Below are positions 48,340 through 48,982 of a stretch of 48,982 nucleotides of DNA, piece by piece. Position 1 is the stretch's first letter. Each line of letters opens with the position of its first letter. A program made the position numbers and the translations under genes. The stretch comes from Macrostomum lignano (Eukaryota). The notes beneath the pieces are model-generated. The model had not been told where the DNA came from. It ran no database searches and saw only the letters and a list, made by a program, of their open reading frames with translations. The stretch is taken from assembly GCA_002269645.1 (NCBI GenBank), contig NIVC01003834.1:1-48982 (forward strand). Reading direction: 5' to 3'.

Positions 48340-48982
48340 TCGCAAGTTACAAGCTACAAGCTTGACAAGTGAATAGTGAATGGTGACTTATGTTGCATAG
48401 AGACTTGACTAGTTACAAGTAGGCGACAAGCAAGTGAATAGTGACTAGTCGCGCTACAAGCAGTTTATTGTATAGAATCTAATATTGACTAGTGTCATAG
48501 TAAATTTAAGTGTGACAAGTTGAGTAGTGAACCACGAGCTGTTCAAGCTTGTAATCGGTTGAAAGCATATATCACATGCATTGAGCAAAAATGTTTTACG
48601 ATTCAGATTCAGAAGATTCCGATGCGGAGGATCCAATTAAGCGTCCCCGAACATTCAATCAAAAATTCAAGGAAATTCTTCCAGCAAGCAATTCTTTTGT
48701 CCTTAGTAACAATGGCGCTAAATTCTCCAAACAATACGCTTTTGTGATCTCGAACTAGAGATAAAAACAGTCGCTTGTTTTCGTTCGTTTATGGCATGCT
48801 TATCTAAAGAAATGTATAGTTGGACAACAAAGAAGACCTTAGCGGGGAGATAAAATCATGCAGTCAATTTGTACCTACATGGAATAAGCTCACCATAGAC
48901 TACAGTTGATTGCCCATCAACTTGTAACTTGTCAATTAAATCTACAAGCGTGCGTGAGCAACACAAATCAGGCGCACTTGTA

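Overview
Eukaryotic (metazoan, probably invertebrate) genomic DNA with short GT-AG introns and a high load of mobile elements. The species is not determined; a flatworm such as Macrostomum is only a compositional impression. Host genes: (1) 43-3063 (-), a spliced gene joining cysteine-containing LRRs to a small-GTPase-like fold with degenerate nucleotide-binding motifs, running off the left edge. (2) 5600-6088 (+), an intronless multi-pass membrane protein. (3) A tandem array of four GT32 (DxD, SUR1/CSH1/OCH1-like) glycosyltransferase paralogues on the - strand. Two have open, phase-consistent exon chains (6667-9269; 39387-~42715) and two are truncated pseudogenes (14387-17112; 28648-30492), set in segmental duplications. 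Mobile DNA: two defective tyrosine-recombinase (DIRS-order, Ngaro/PAT-type) retrotransposons, one with complete split direct repeats; a Crypton-like tyrosine recombinase fragment; piggyBac, mariner and Tc1-like remnants; an R1/LOA-like LINE; RTE-like LINE fragments; tRNA-derived SINEs; foldback elements; and several mini/microsatellites. The most unusual unexplained signal is one 8-mer, CCATAGAC. It is shared by three unrelated minisatellite families (periods ~31, 23 and 44 bp), forms GTCTATGG-N-CCATAGAC dyads at module junctions of a foldback element, sits in the TIRs of a Tc1-like element and lies just downstream of the Crypton-like recombinase. All family assignments come from motif recognition by eye; no database search was run.
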